NCBI GenBank assembly: GCA_964007735.1
Contig: CAXGAI010000037.1
Span: 1-46,665 of the forward strand
Direction: 5' to 3'
DNA: 46,665 nt
From: an uncultured Rhodopirellula sp.
GTDB taxonomy: Bacteria > Planctomycetota > Planctomycetia > Pirellulales > Pirellulaceae
Position 1 is the stretch's first letter, and the number at the start of each line of letters is the position of its first letter. Under the pieces are notes generated by a model. It searched no databases. It saw only the letters and a program-made list of their open reading frames with translations, and was not told the origin of the DNA. Shown here in pieces: positions 9,142 to 19,042 of the stretch. The position numbers were made by a program, and so were the translations under genes.

Positions 9142-12100
9142 CTAATTCCTTGTTATTGTCTCGTCGAGATTTAAAAGTACATTCGATAGATAATACCAAG
9201 CCCCCAATTCAGCCGAGGCATGCTTATCCTTTGCACCAACAAGTAATTTCAGGTCCTGTGGACGTTCGGTGAGTTGCACAACCATTTCCTCGTACAAATC
9301 AACCAGAATATCAATCTCTCGCTCACTCGGCATCCGGGAGACCGTACGCACAAATCCGTACTCGACCTGATCTCGCAGATCGTCATGGCGAGTCCCGTAA
9401 AGGTGCTGACCTAAGGCTTGGGTCATTTCCCAGTACATCGGATCATTCAGTAAAGTTAATGCCTGTAGTGGTGTATTCGTACGACTACGATTAACGACGC
9501 AGGAAGTGCGGTCAGGTGCATCGAAATTGGTGAAGGCTGGATACGGAGCACTTCTTCGCCAAATAACATAGATCCCGCGACGATACCGATTTGTTTCTAT
9601 ACTGGTTTTATATTTCGGAGCATTTCTCCCCACGTGTCTCCAAATTCCAGCTGGCTGGGGAGGATAAATAGGTTCGCCGCCCATTTGCAATTCCAGCAAA
9701 CCACTGATTTGCAGCATGGTATCCCGAATTCCTTCTGCACTCATACGTAAGCGAGGCATTCTTGCCAAAAGCTCATTGGTCGGATCCAACTCCTGTAATT
9801 CCGGACGAGCTTTTGAATCCTGGCGATATGTTGCCGATGTGACAATCAATCGATGAAGGTGTTTCATCGACCAGCCATTCTGCATCAATTCAACGGACAA
9901 CCAATCTAGCAACCCGGGGTGCGTTGGCCGATCTCCCTGACTTCCAAAATCTTCTTCTGTCGCTACAATCCCCTTACCAAAGAATCCGGCCCACCATCGA
10001 TTGACCGTGACTCGTGCAACCAACGGATTCCTGTCAGAGACCAGCCAGTTCGCTAAGTCCAAACGGTTGTTGGGTACCTCTTGTTTGACTTCAAGTTCAT
10101 GCAAAATAGACGGAGTATCTGCAGAAACTAATTGACCGTTATTCTTGTACTCGCCGCGTATCAACATGCGAGTTTCACGGGGCTTTTCTATTTCCTTCAT
10201 GACCAAAGCTGTCGGGGCTGGCAAGGCATCAATCTGTTTTTGAACGTTAGCTAAATCCTGTTTGGCTTCTTTATAGGATGCTTGACTATCCAAATAAAAC
10301 TGGTGCAATTCAGTCTCTTCCTTGGCGGTGCGTTGTTCCCGATTCACTAATTCCAGAATACGATCAGGCGTCTTCCGATAGTCTCTTTCACCAGTCATCG
10401 CTGAGAGTCTGATACGGCCAATCACCCGGCTGCCGCCATAATTCATGACGAATTTTGCTTTCAGCGTTACCGGTGCCTCGGATTCTAATGGTTTATCGAG
10501 TAAGAACTCAGCTGCATGTGGTTTAAAGAACTGAGAAGCGATCGCCCAGGCAGTATCAACTTCTCCGTCCACCGCGTTATTCACATCAAAATTGGGTTGC
10601 GAGTAATCGGCAATGCCGTCTTTTAGCTTCAGTTTGACCTCACCGTGATGCAGCGTGAATTCCTGCAAAACAAAATTGGGCCTTTCTGCTGTGTATCTTC
10701 CGGGGCCTTTGCCTGGAAGCTCCTCATGTGTCAAAGCTTCCAGTTTGAAGCCAGTTACCTTCGCCAATTCCGTTGTGAACTCAATTTCATAAACATCTTT
10801 GTCTGGATTTTCTCCGGTGGATAGAACCGATTGGTCCTCCAACACTCGCAAAGTCGCCCCGTTAGCTGAAACAGGATTTGTAGCCGTCAACACTGTCCAT
10901 GCTATCTCGTTCTCAGTTACTTTAGCGATCGAGGTAATCCAATCATCGTATTGTCTATCTAATTCGATCTGTATATTAGCTAGTGCACGGTCCTTCTTGG
11001 ATTTTTGAGAATTTAAATCCACCAACGTTCTTCTATCGGCAAACGAAGGTTCTACATCAATCGTTGGGCCGTAGAAGTTAAATGCCGAACTGGTCCCGTT
11101 GACTTCCAGTGGAGTATTGTTGAAATACGCCAACAGCTGATAATACTCTTTCTGACTAAATGGATCGTATTTATGATTATGACACTGTGAACACTCAATC
11201 GTCGAACCGAGCCAGACTGTAGCTGTAGTATTTACACGATCTATAACCTGGTTCAAACGACTCAATTCGGGGTCCGTTCCACCTTCAACGTTAAGAGTCG
11301 TCAAACGGTGAAATCCGGTCGCTACCTGCTGAGCTTGTGACGGGTTCTGCAGCAAGTCTCCTGCAAGCTGCTCAACGGTGAATTGATCAAAAGGCATGTC
11401 GCTATTGAGAGCATTAATAACCCAATCTCGATACGGCCAGACATTGCGATACTGATCTGCCTGATAGCCGTTACTATCGGCATACCGAGCCAAATCCAGC
11501 CATGGTCGCGCCCAGCGAACTCCATACTGAGGCGAGGCCAGCAGGTTATCAACCAGTTTGTCATAGGCGTCGGGGGAAGTATCGTTCACAAAGATCTCTA
11601 CCTGATCGACGGTAGGTGGATACCCGACTAAATCTAAATATAGCCGACGGATGAGTGGCCGCTTTTCAATTGCCGAAGATGGACGCACACCTGCTTGTTC
11701 AAGTTTGGAAAGCACAAAGCGGTCAATCGAATTCAATGGCCACGCTTGCTGTACGACATCGGGCAGAGGCGGTCTCAGAGGAGCCGCATACGCCCAGTGT
11801 CGGCTTACTACCTGAGCGTCTGAGCCAAGACCATCTGGCCAATGCGCGCCCTGTTCAATCCAACGACGAATCATGGCAATTTGGTTAGCCGGTAATGCCT
11901 CTGCCTCGGCGGGCATTCGCTCCCCTTCCTCTTGTGTAATCAATCGCCGATAAAGAGTACTCTCGTCGGGCTTATCCGGAACAATACCAGCCCCGGTGAG
12001 ACCACCTTGAAACGCAATGACTTTAGCATCCAGACGTAATTGACCTTCTTGTGCTTCGGGGCCATGGCATGAAACACACCGCGATTGAAGAATAGGCCAG

Positions 12101-12195
12101 ACATCTTTTGTGAAATCCACCTGCTGCGCAATGCCGCATTGTGTTGTTAGAAACAACATGAGTAATGGGAGTAATTGTGCACAGAATCTAATCAT
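9142..12195 (-). CDS. Planctomycete cytochrome c (PSCyt1) + DUF1549 + DUF1553 protein with an inserted beta-sandwich (F5/8-like) domain
   Basis: [60 protein letters not shown] and [13 protein letters not shown]; central [12 protein letters not shown] insert. Confidence 0.92.
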   Translation of the reverse strand: MIRFCAQLLPLLMLFLTTQCGIAQQVDFTKDVWPILQSRCVSCHGPEAQEGQLRLDAKVIAFQGGLTGAGIVPDKPDESTLYRRLITQEEGERMPAEAEALPANQIAMIRRWIEQGAHWPDGLGSDAQVVSRHWAYAAPLRPPLPDVVQQAWPLNSIDRFVLSKLEQAGVRPSSAIEKRPLIRRLYLDLVGYPPTVDQVEIFVNDTSPDAYDKLVDNLLASPQYGVRWARPWLDLARYADSNGYQADQYRNVWPYRDWVINALNSDMPFDQFTVEQLAGDLLQNPSQAQQVATGFHRLTTLNVEGGTDPELSRLNQVIDRVNTTATVWLGSTIECSQCHNHKYDPFSQKEYYQLLAYFNNTPLEVNGTSSAFNFYGPTIDVEPSFADRRTLVDLNSQKSKKDRALANIQIELDRQYDDWITSIAKVTENEIAWTVLTATNPVSANGATLRVLEDQSVLSTGENPDKDVYEIEFTTELAKVTGFKLEALTHEELPGKGPGRYTAERPNFVLQEFTLHHGEVKLKLKDGIADYSQPNFDVNNAVDGEVDTAWAIASQFFKPHAAEFLLDKPLESEAPVTLKAKFVMNYGGSRVIGRIRLSAMTGERDYRKTPDRILELVNREQRTAKEETELHQFYLDSQASYKEAKQDLANVQKQIDALPAPTALVMKEIEKPRETRMLIRGEYKNNGQLVSADTPSILHELEVKQEVPNNRLDLANWLVSDRNPLVARVTVNRWWAGFFGKGIVATEEDFGSQGDRPTHPGLLDWLSVELMQNGWSMKHLHRLIVTSATYRQDSKARPELQELDPTNELLARMPRLRMSAEGIRDTMLQISGLLELQMGGEPIYPPQPAGIWRHVGRNAPKYKTSIETNRYRRGIYVIWRRSAPYPAFTNFDAPDRTSCVVNRSRTNTPLQALTLLNDPMYWEMTQALGQHLYGTRHDDLRDQVEYGFVRTVSRMPSEREIDILVDLYEEMVVQLTERPQDLKLLVGAKDKHASAELGAWYYLSNVLLNLDETITRN

Positions 12196-12388
12196 GAACC
12201 AGTTGCTTACTTCGGTAACAGACTAATTCCAAATGGTCTCTACGAGAGTTTCACGGTTAAACCATCGATACTAAGCAATCGTGGACATCTATCTTCGGTA
12301 CCAGGCTAACTACTGTTATTCTAATTAACGTCCTTCAATCCGACGAGATTTCACTTAGAAATATCGGCATTGGGCATTCGCCGGTCAC

Positions 12389-12422
12389 AAAAAATGAGTT
12401 TGAAACCCAGGTCTCAAACTCA
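12389..12422 (-). terminator. Intrinsic terminator after the ThuA-like gene
   Basis: Minus strand reads TGAGTTTGAGACC-TG-GGTTTCAAACTCA-TTTTTT. Confidence 0.8.
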
Positions 12423-12448
12423 CCTCAATCGTGATGAAATTAAAAAGC

Positions 12449-13342
12449 TTAATTACCACTTGGACGTTTAGAAATTTTGTCGGCGGTAGGGAAATCCCCT
12501 GGAAGTTTCTGAGTCACTCTGCCGCGCGCCGCCCATTCAGTACCACGTTGTAACGTAGTGATGAAGCCGACACATTCCTGTGAGTAAATTCCATGTCCCA
12601 TTGGCGTATGAAAGACACGTCCTTTACCATAATCAACCGTAAAGATCATGGGCTCGTGACGCCCTGTGCCACCAAATTCTTTAGAACCATAGGCCGTCGC
12701 TAATACCGTCATGTTTTCAGCTGGCCCGCGAAGCAAATCGTACAATTCATCTTTTTCATGTAACCACTGCCCTGGCATTCCCTTGGTTACAGGGTGCTTG
12801 TTGTCACGAATTGTTACGACAAAAGGATGCTGAGATCCATGATTTCCACCACGGCCCGGTGTGGCATCACGAATCAATTTGCCTTCAGAATTTAAATAAA
12901 CGTAGGGGCCCGACTTTTCATTTCTCCCCCCCCAGCCACCAAGGCCAATTGCTTCGTTGTACTCTTTCCAGTTTCCAAAAGCGTTATTCGCTGCGTGAAC
13001 CAGTACAAAGCCACCACCACCTTTGATGTAATCAATGAATGCGTTCTTCGTGCCTTCCGGCCATGGAGACCCATTGTAGTTGGAGACCACTACATCATAA
13101 TCCGAAAATGTCGGTCCAAAGTCTGGATCAGTACCACTCTTCAAAGTGGTCACAACATCGACAGAGAATAATCCGGTCTCTTCTAAATACCCTTTCATCA
13201 TTTGTGTGGTCTTAGGCCATACACCATGGTTATTTTGGCCTTCGATGATAAGAGCTTTCATTTTCGCTTGGGCAGTGGCCGCCATCGTCATTACCAACAG
13301 CAAGACAAACATATTTACTCGTCGAAACATCGTATTCTCCAT
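12449..13342 (-). CDS. Exported ThuA-like (class I glutamine amidotransferase fold) protein
   Basis: Signal peptide ending AQA; YDVVVSNY, GGGFVLVHAA, DELY and YGKGRVFHTPMGH. Confidence 0.88.
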   Translation of the reverse strand: MENTMFRRVNMFVLLLVMTMAATAQAKMKALIIEGQNNHGVWPKTTQMMKGYLEETGLFSVDVVTTLKSGTDPDFGPTFSDYDVVVSNYNGSPWPEGTKNAFIDYIKGGGGFVLVHAANNAFGNWKEYNEAIGLGGWGGRNEKSGPYVYLNSEGKLIRDATPGRGGNHGSQHPFVVTIRDNKHPVTKGMPGQWLHEKDELYDLLRGPAENMTVLATAYGSKEFGGTGRHEPMIFTVDYGKGRVFHTPMGHGIYSQECVGFITTLQRGTEWAARGRVTQKLPGDFPTADKISKRPSGN

Positions 13343-13410
13343 AGAAATGAATGGTTGATGAAAATCAATATACCCACAATGACCGGTAAGGTTTGGCGTC
13401 TCCTCAACGA

Positions 13411-14859
13411 TTATTTATCAACACCTTTTGCTTTTTCAAGTAATTCAAGTAGCTCATATTTTATAAGTGGCTCAGCATAGATTCCAAGACAACTACTACG
13501 GGCGCGCCAGGTCGTATAGCCACCTAACGCATGTTGCTCAGGTGGAGCAATATATCCAAAGGCACCGTTGGCGAGTGAAATCGTATAGGTCATTTCAAAA
13601 GGGCTGTACTTCTTTATATTTAACCCCGTTTCGGCAAAAACTTCATTCGGGATGGCACCGATACCAAGCGTCCCAATCCTGATGGCCTGTAAAGTTATCA
13701 TACGGGTCTTGGGCATCTTGCTAAGAATTAATGTCTCCAAAGCATAAACTTCCTCGGTTGTCTTCGGCTTTCTCTCAGCAGACCATTCAAAAACAAAGTC
13801 CTGAGCAACCTGAATTTCATCTTTCGTTGGAAAGCGAACAGCGACTTCTAATTCTTTTTCCACCATAGTAAGTGGCAGCCATTGGTGGTATTCGATGGTT
13901 TCAAATGCTTTGAGGGCTGCAGCCGAAACATCATCTGCAACAGTAAACCGATCAAATTTGCGACGCTCACTGCGTTTATAGTCAGCCAACCAGGTGTCAC
14001 CACTTGTACCATTGGCAATCATTGCCACGGTCGGACGATCTTCGTTACCTGAAGGCAGTTTTTCTTCAATGATGCCTGCAAACAATCCAAAGTAATCAGC
14101 TGAGATATTGGGAGCTCCGGCATAGTGCATTGAATAGGCCGACAGAAAAGCAATCTGTGTACCTTCCTTAGTCTGTAATGAGATCACTGGAATATCGGGA
14201 TCTTCTAATCCTGTCTCTCGAATAGCATCTGGATTGTTGTAGCCTGGATGCATACGCGCCCGATCATTTCGTGTACCACCAAAGCGGTTGGTAGGTGCAA
14301 CCCCTTCTTTCATCAGCCAGCGGCGGGTAGCAACATTTACCTCGTCTCTTCCCATCGCAAACCCAATCCGAGCTGGTTGAAGATTCTCATTAGCCAGTTC
14401 AATCGCTTTCGCGATGCGGCCAGGCAGAAAAGCTACATACCGTTCATCCACCCCGGTTCCTAAAACAGCGATAACAGAGGGAGCACTGTGACAATGCGTC
14501 GCTGAAACCAGAATGTTTTCCGCCGGAATTCCCGTTTGTGCTTCCGCCATTTTCTTGGCTTTATCAAGCAAATCACGTGGCATCATACAACTATCAACAA
14601 GTACCATCGCAATCTTGGTCGTTCCATCATCCATGACAACCGCACGCACATGTAATGGGTCATTCACTTCCTCCACCAAACGTTCAAGCATTGATCCGTT
14701 CACAACCGCAGGCAGATGTTCAGGCGTTGCGTCTACGCGTGCGGCACCTGCGCTAAACACCGGGTCCTCCGCGTGAACAGGCAATGCTAATCCGAAAAGC
14801 AGAAGCATTACAACGACAGAATACTTACAAATTGCTCGAATCATCATTGGGATAAGCAC
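13411..14859 (-). CDS. Exported neutral/alkaline ceramidase-like hydrolase
   Basis: AGAARVDATP, DPLHVRAVV, ILVSATHCHSAP, ISADYFG, PNEVFAETG and LANGAFGYIAP. The exact start is uncertain (GTG 14859 or ATG about 14847). Confidence 0.8.
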   Translation of the reverse strand: MLIPMMIRAICKYSVVVMLLLFGLALPVHAEDPVFSAGAARVDATPEHLPAVVNGSMLERLVEEVNDPLHVRAVVMDDGTTKIAMVLVDSCMMPRDLLDKAKKMAEAQTGIPAENILVSATHCHSAPSVIAVLGTGVDERYVAFLPGRIAKAIELANENLQPARIGFAMGRDEVNVATRRWLMKEGVAPTNRFGGTRNDRARMHPGYNNPDAIRETGLEDPDIPVISLQTKEGTQIAFLSAYSMHYAGAPNISADYFGLFAGIIEEKLPSGNEDRPTVAMIANGTSGDTWLADYKRSERRKFDRFTVADDVSAAALKAFETIEYHQWLPLTMVEKELEVAVRFPTKDEIQVAQDFVFEWSAERKPKTTEEVYALETLILSKMPKTRMITLQAIRIGTLGIGAIPNEVFAETGLNIKKYSPFEMTYTISLANGAFGYIAPPEQHALGGYTTWRARSSCLGIYAEPLIKYELLELLEKAKGVDK

Positions 14860-14919
14860 CTTAGATTGAAGAGGAAGGCTTACATTATGAGTTGGTCGTA
14901 TTTCTCTTAGCGTGAAAAC

Positions 14920-14957
14920 AAAAAAAAGGAGCTACCAACATAAGGCGTTGATAGCCC
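14920..14957 (-). terminator. Intrinsic terminator after the Gfo/Idh/MocA gene
   Basis: Minus strand reads GGGCTATCAAC-GCCTTAT-GTTGGTAGCTCC followed by T8. Confidence 0.7.
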
Positions 14958-14974
14958 ACATAGCTTTCTGAGGA

Positions 14975-16420
14975 CTATACCTTCTCAGGCACAACATAGG
15001 GGGCACGATAAGGCCGGGTTAACATGGCATCCGCCTGTTTGTCCCCAATGAATTTCTCTTTCACAGGATCAAACTGCAAGTCACGACCAATTGAATAAGT
15101 ATTCTCTGCCAGATCGATTTCAACCGCTTTCAAATTATACTTGAGCATGCCAAGAGAATCTTTGATTGTCTCGTTATCGTTATAAGGGTTTTCATCTTTC
15201 AACAATGAGTCCTGCTTACCCAGACGATATGAGATATTGGCCAGATGACACAGGGCACTGGAGTAATGAGCGACTTCCGCATCACAGTTAATCTCTTCCT
15301 GTTTACGACTTCGCACTGCCTGAATAAAACTTCCAAATGCTCCACCAGGAGTTACCGGTGCACCTTCCACGCTAAGTGACTCTCCCTGCTCACTTCCCTG
15401 AGCATAGAATTTACCTCCTTTAATTACACCATCAGTGGTGTAGTATTCGTTGCTAACCATTCGGTCCGGTGCACCCGACTTTCCTACCAGACCACGAGTT
15501 TCAAACAGCAAGATCGCATCTTCATATTCGTAAACGCTAACTTGCATATTGGGGGTCTCTCCCTGGTCCTTTTCACCCGGAACATAACGACCACCAACAC
15601 TCCAAATCCGCTTGGGTAATGTTGAATCTTTAATAGCCCAGCGAGCGATATCCATTTCGTGAACACCCTGATTACCGGTATCCCCATTTCCGGTATCCCA
15701 AAACCAGTGCCAATTATAAGTGTGCAAATTACCATGGTAATCCTGTTTCGGAGCAGGGCCCAACCAAAGATCCCAATCGAGTTCCTGCGGGGGAGTCGTC
15801 ATCGGTTTATGTCCGATGGACCAACGTGGCTTACAGCAGTATCCTTTGGAAACAAGCAGCTTTCCATACTTACCTGATTGGACGGCAGCGATCTCATTCG
15901 CCTTGCCCTGACTAGATCGATTCTGTGTTCCGTGTTGCACAATACGATCATATTTTGCCGCTGCTTCAACACACTTGCGGCCTTCAAATACATTATGAGA
16001 AATTGGCTTTTCGACGTAGACATCCTTCCCCGCCTGACACGCCCAGATCGTAATGAGTGAGTGCCAGTGGTTACATGTGGCTACCGTCACAACGTCTAAA
16101 TTCTTATCATCCAGCGCCGCGCGAATATCCTGCACACAAGTCGGTGTATTGCCACCTTTATCTTTTACCATCTTAGTACGAGATTCGAATAAGCGAGTGT
16201 CAGGATCAATCAAATAGCTAACTTCAACGCCATCCATCGGAGCAAATCCTCCGATATGTGAAGTTCCCCGACCATTAATGCCAGCAACTCCAACACGTAT
16301 CCGATCGTTAGCTCCCAGAACCTGTCGAGATGACTTTGTTCCCGCTACGGTAAATGCAGCAAAGACAGTAGAAGCAGCACCCGTTTTCTTTACAAATTCG
16401 CGCCGGTTTAATTTCGACAT
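14975..16420 (-). CDS. Tat-exported Gfo/Idh/MocA family oxidoreductase
   Basis: NRREFVK Tat motif, IRVGVAGINGRG, GKDVYVEKP and NQGVHEMD; AGGAG Shine-Dalgarno. Confidence 0.93.
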   Translation of the reverse strand: MSKLNRREFVKKTGAASTVFAAFTVAGTKSSRQVLGANDRIRVGVAGINGRGTSHIGGFAPMDGVEVSYLIDPDTRLFESRTKMVKDKGGNTPTCVQDIRAALDDKNLDVVTVATCNHWHSLITIWACQAGKDVYVEKPISHNVFEGRKCVEAAAKYDRIVQHGTQNRSSQGKANEIAAVQSGKYGKLLVSKGYCCKPRWSIGHKPMTTPPQELDWDLWLGPAPKQDYHGNLHTYNWHWFWDTGNGDTGNQGVHEMDIARWAIKDSTLPKRIWSVGGRYVPGEKDQGETPNMQVSVYEYEDAILLFETRGLVGKSGAPDRMVSNEYYTTDGVIKGGKFYAQGSEQGESLSVEGAPVTPGGAFGSFIQAVRSRKQEEINCDAEVAHYSSALCHLANISYRLGKQDSLLKDENPYNDNETIKDSLGMLKYNLKAVEIDLAENTYSIGRDLQFDPVKEKFIGDKQADAMLTRPYRAPYVVPEKV

Positions 16421-16544
16421 TCCCCGTGGTCTCCTATGAGGATTAAGATTTATACGTCTCGTCGTATTAGACTAGATTCCCGACTGAAATTCCAGCCAAT
16501 CCTTGATCCACGGTATTCAGCTACCGATGGCCCTCAAAATCTAA

Positions 16545-17942
16545 TTAGACCATGATGTCGAGAATTGGCCGTCCAGCGATCGGTAAAGGACGATTGTCTT
16601 TATCGTGAATTTCGGTATCCGGAGAAATTCCCAACAAATAGTAAATCGTGGCAGCCAGATCTTCAGGTTTCACCGGGTCTTCATCCGGAGCCATGGTATA
16701 GCGATCTGATGCCCCATATATATACCCACCTTTGACCCCGCCGCCGGCCATTAACACGGTGTAGCAATGGGGCCAGTGGTCACGACTCTCATTCTTATTG
16801 ATCCTGGGAGTGCGGCCGAACTCCCCCATCCAGACGACGAGCGTCTCATCCAACAAACCCCGTTCTTCCAGTTCCAACAACAACGTCGGCAATGTCTGCT
16901 CCGTTACCGGGAAGTGATACTTGTCGACGATCTTGTACATGCGTGAACCGTCAAAGCCATGAGTATCCCAACCACCGGAACCAATCGCACGTCCGCCAAT
17001 GCTATTTGAGAAATAGACGGTGGTAAATTTCACACCGGATTCTGCAAGACGCCGTGCCAGCAAAACACTTTGACCATATGTCGTTCGTCCATATTTTTCG
17101 CGAACTCCATCCTTTTCCTGACTCAAGTCAAACGCCTTACGCACCTTACTACTCGTCAGCATATTAAGGGCTTTATCGTAATACTGATCGAATCCCCGGA
17201 TGATCTCATTATCATCGAGAAGCCGACTTTGATTGTCTATGAACTTCTGTAAATCACGACGGCGTGTCAGACGATCCGAATCAAGATCCGCCGGCACACT
17301 CAATTGTGGTAACTTGAATTGCTCACTGTTGGGATCTTCTTTAAAGAATAGTGGATCATACGCCTTCCCTAAAAAACTGGCGTGCTGCCCCGGAGTAATA
17401 GACCCGTCTCGCAATGTATGTGGGTAGGAAACAAAAGTAGGGATGGAACCTCGACTAGGTGCAAGTTTATCTACAACACTGCCATAAGCCGGATATAGTT
17501 CCGGCAGGTCGCGCAAACGCTGATCATCACTCGGAGGTTCATGGCCGCTCAAGGCATAATAGCCCGCGGAATTGTGATGTTTCATCTTATGGTGCACGCT
17601 GCGTATCAATGTGATTTTGTCCATAACTTTCGCCATTTTTGGCAAATGCTCACAGACATGCAGACCGGGCAAAGATGACTGAATCGGACGATAGGGACTA
17701 CGAATGTCGTCCGGAGCGTTCGGTTTCATATCGAACATGTCAATCGGACTGGGACCTCCCCATTGAAATAGAAAAATCACCCGCTTAGCACGAGGCTTCA
17801 TCACTGTCGTTTTTTCAGTCGCCTCCAGAAGTCCGGGCATGTTCAATCCCAACATCCCGGCACCGCCAACTTTTAAAGCCTGACGGCGGGACACAACGAG
17901 ATCATGTTGCAGTTGAAATAGAGATGGAGGTTTGATTGACAT
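16545..17942 (-). CDS. DUF1501 family protein, Tat signal
   Basis: SRRQAL, GGPSPIDMFDMKP, LLARRLAESGV, WDTH and GEFGRTP...RDHWP. Confidence 0.9.
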   Translation of the reverse strand: MSIKPPSLFQLQHDLVVSRRQALKVGGAGMLGLNMPGLLEATEKTTVMKPRAKRVIFLFQWGGPSPIDMFDMKPNAPDDIRSPYRPIQSSLPGLHVCEHLPKMAKVMDKITLIRSVHHKMKHHNSAGYYALSGHEPPSDDQRLRDLPELYPAYGSVVDKLAPSRGSIPTFVSYPHTLRDGSITPGQHASFLGKAYDPLFFKEDPNSEQFKLPQLSVPADLDSDRLTRRRDLQKFIDNQSRLLDDNEIIRGFDQYYDKALNMLTSSKVRKAFDLSQEKDGVREKYGRTTYGQSVLLARRLAESGVKFTTVYFSNSIGGRAIGSGGWDTHGFDGSRMYKIVDKYHFPVTEQTLPTLLLELEERGLLDETLVVWMGEFGRTPRINKNESRDHWPHCYTVLMAGGGVKGGYIYGASDRYTMAPDEDPVKPEDLAATIYYLLGISPDTEIHDKDNRPLPIAGRPILDIMV

Positions 17943-17943
17943 G

Positions 17944-19005
17944 CTATTTCTTCACAGTGTTATATGTTGCCTTATGTTCATTCGCCAGAATCATCACTTC
18001 ATAACTCTTACCATTCGGGGCGACTGACAGCTTAATGAAATTGGCTTCACATGCCTCGGACTTACGGTTTGCGATAAATTCATCCGGAGCATTATTTACC
18101 TGACCATCGGGACGCATATTCTTATGCACCTGGTACATCGCCTGAATCGATGGAGTTGCCGTCAACGTAGCGAACACTTCCGGAGCACAACCTTTCGTGA
18201 CTCCGTTGTTCATCACGGTCACCGTAGGTAGTACCGATCGCAAAACCAACGGATTGTTACTGCTGTCGAGTCCATGATGAGTCACCTGATATACATCGAC
18301 TCTTCCAATCAAATTCACGGGACAAATCAACTTGGCTTCTTGATTCCACGTGATATCACCGCCGTCATAAAACCGAAAATCACCAAACTCGAGTAACATG
18401 GCAACGCTGTTGGCATTGTCAGAGCCGTCACGATCCTTTGCACGGCTGTCCTGACATATAGCTTTGTTGGCATTAGCCCCCCGAGGGGCCGGAATGAATT
18501 TTTTGCGCGTTCCTAGACAAGTAAAACTCAGGGGAATCTGACGATTGCGAGTTTCTTTCGGCGTCTGCTCGAGTGGCAACTCGGTTCCGGGATCGATGAC
18601 CCGACGAGCTTCTGCTTTGAAATTGAAATAGTCTTCGCCCGGATCATCCGGCATATCGTCAAACTTACCGTTATCCCATACTGTTCCGAGGGAGATCATC
18701 TTTGAAAGCTGAGAGGCGCCACCATAATGATCTCGATGATAGTGAGTCGTAATGAGATGATCTATCTTAGTCAGCCGGGCTTCCTGCGTAACAATATTGA
18801 AAATGCGCTGTGGGTCACGAATGCCGGGATTTCCTGTATCGATAAGAATGGACTCGCCTTGAGGAGTCACGATGAGGGTGGCTGCGCCACCTTCGACATC
18901 CACCCAATAGATATCCAGACGTCCATCGTTAGCTCCTGCCTGAGCACTTCGGAGGTTAAACACCACCAGCATGCTCAATAGAATAACACTGAATACGGTC
19001 TTCAC
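17944..19005 (-). CDS. Exported metallo-beta-lactamase-fold hydrolase (ComEC/Rec2-like catalytic domain)
   Basis: DVEGG, LIDTG, THYHRDHYGG (HxHxDH), GGD and HHG; signal peptide; GTG start with AGGAG Shine-Dalgarno. Confidence 0.88.
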   Translation of the reverse strand: MKTVFSVILLSMLVVFNLRSAQAGANDGRLDIYWVDVEGGAATLIVTPQGESILIDTGNPGIRDPQRIFNIVTQEARLTKIDHLITTHYHRDHYGGASQLSKMISLGTVWDNGKFDDMPDDPGEDYFNFKAEARRVIDPGTELPLEQTPKETRNRQIPLSFTCLGTRKKFIPAPRGANANKAICQDSRAKDRDGSDNANSVAMLLEFGDFRFYDGGDITWNQEAKLICPVNLIGRVDVYQVTHHGLDSSNNPLVLRSVLPTVTVMNNGVTKGCAPEVFATLTATPSIQAMYQVHKNMRPDGQVNNAPDEFIANRKSEACEANFIKLSVAPNGKSYEVMILANEHKATYNTVKK

Positions 19006-19042
19006 AATTCTCTCCTAACGAATCTCATCGTCACCAGGCAGC

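Noticed and set aside
12926..12933. G8 tract (minus strand) as a phase-variation site
   Set aside because: It encodes part of GGWGGR, a Gly/Trp-rich peptide that accounts for the run; the frame is intact.
13411..14859. Ceramidase-like gene as part of the putative ceramide locus
   Set aside because: It is about 10 kb away in a different transcription unit, and this family is broadly expanded in planctomycetes with unknown substrates.
17944..19005. comEC competence gene or beta-lactam resistance gene
   Set aside because: Only a soluble exported MBL domain is present; there is no ComEC membrane channel domain, and the context is a DUF1501 module.
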